Below are positions 63,674-64,000 of a stretch of 64,000 nucleotides of DNA, one piece after another. The notes below the pieces were generated by a model. It was not told the DNA's origin, searched no databases, and saw nothing but the letters and a program-made list of their open reading frames with translations. Each line of letters starts with the position of its first letter. Within the stretch, counting starts at the first letter, position 1. Source of the stretch: the human T2T-CHM13v2.0 reference genome, Homo sapiens. Position numbers and translations under genes: made by a program. Where the stretch lies: contig CP068257.2 of NCBI GenBank assembly GCA_009914755.4, positions 42,048,001 to 42,112,000 on the forward strand, in the 5' to 3' direction.

Positions 63674-64000
63674 GGGCCCCGCCGCTCGCCCGTGACACGC
63701 AGCGCGTTGGTGTCTCCGTGTTTGTCCCTGTGAAAACATGTAACGTCTGCCTTAGAGCCATGACCGAAACTTGATATTTTTTTCTTTCATGAGTGTCCGG
63801 CATCTGCTGGTCTTCATTGTGAAACGTGCCAGTCGTGCTTTGTGAAAAATAACAAAGTGGTCACAGAAATTTGTGATCTGAAAACCCGGCTCCCTTCCCC
63901 ACAAGGCTCCTGGGCCTCCGGGAAGACGGGCCCCTGTTTGCCATCTCGGGGGTGTTCCCTGTGGGAGGGTGAGTGGGTGAGGCCGAGCCTGCTGCGTGTG
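63674..64000 (+). other. PDXK: Start of PDXK 3' UTR (continues beyond window)
   Basis: Sequence after the stop codon shows no poly(A) signal within the window. Confidence 0.6.

Overview
This window is human nuclear DNA, not a prokaryotic locus. It is primate Alu-dense, with about 54 Alu copies. It matches the chr21q22.3 RRP1B-PDXK region on the + strand. Bases 1-930 hold the last intron and terminal coding exon of RRP1B (the C-terminus reads ...PRRRPRAMDFF, stop at 924-926), followed by its 3' UTR. An Alu-rich intergenic stretch of about 22 kb follows. The complete pyridoxal kinase gene (PDXK) then starts in a CpG island with its ATG at 26837 and ends with TGA at 63671-63673. Its 11 coding exons all have GT..AG introns and splice to the 312-aa protein from [29 protein letters not shown]... 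to ...IVVQATVL. Interspersed repeats include a MaLR LTR (THE1/MST-type), an L1 3' fragment, and two solo copies of one ERVK-like LTR family, each with its own 6-bp target-site duplication (TSD). One of those LTRs sits inside a minus-strand MaLR LTR and itself carries an Alu, giving a three-level nested insertion. There are several intronic minisatellites and microsatellites. I found no CRISPR array, operon-like gene cluster or other candidate novel system. The items most worth a second look are cis-regulatory and splicing-adjacent structures in PDXK. These are a perfect PAR-bZIP D-box 25 bp into intron 1. There is a second CpG island in intron 1 with paired CACGTG boxes. Five tandem NF-Y/CCAAT consensus sites lie in intron 9. 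G-rich and pyrimidine-rich VNTRs abut exons 3 and 4. An Alu TSD copies the exon-6 donor motif. A local duplication copies the exon-8 acceptor.
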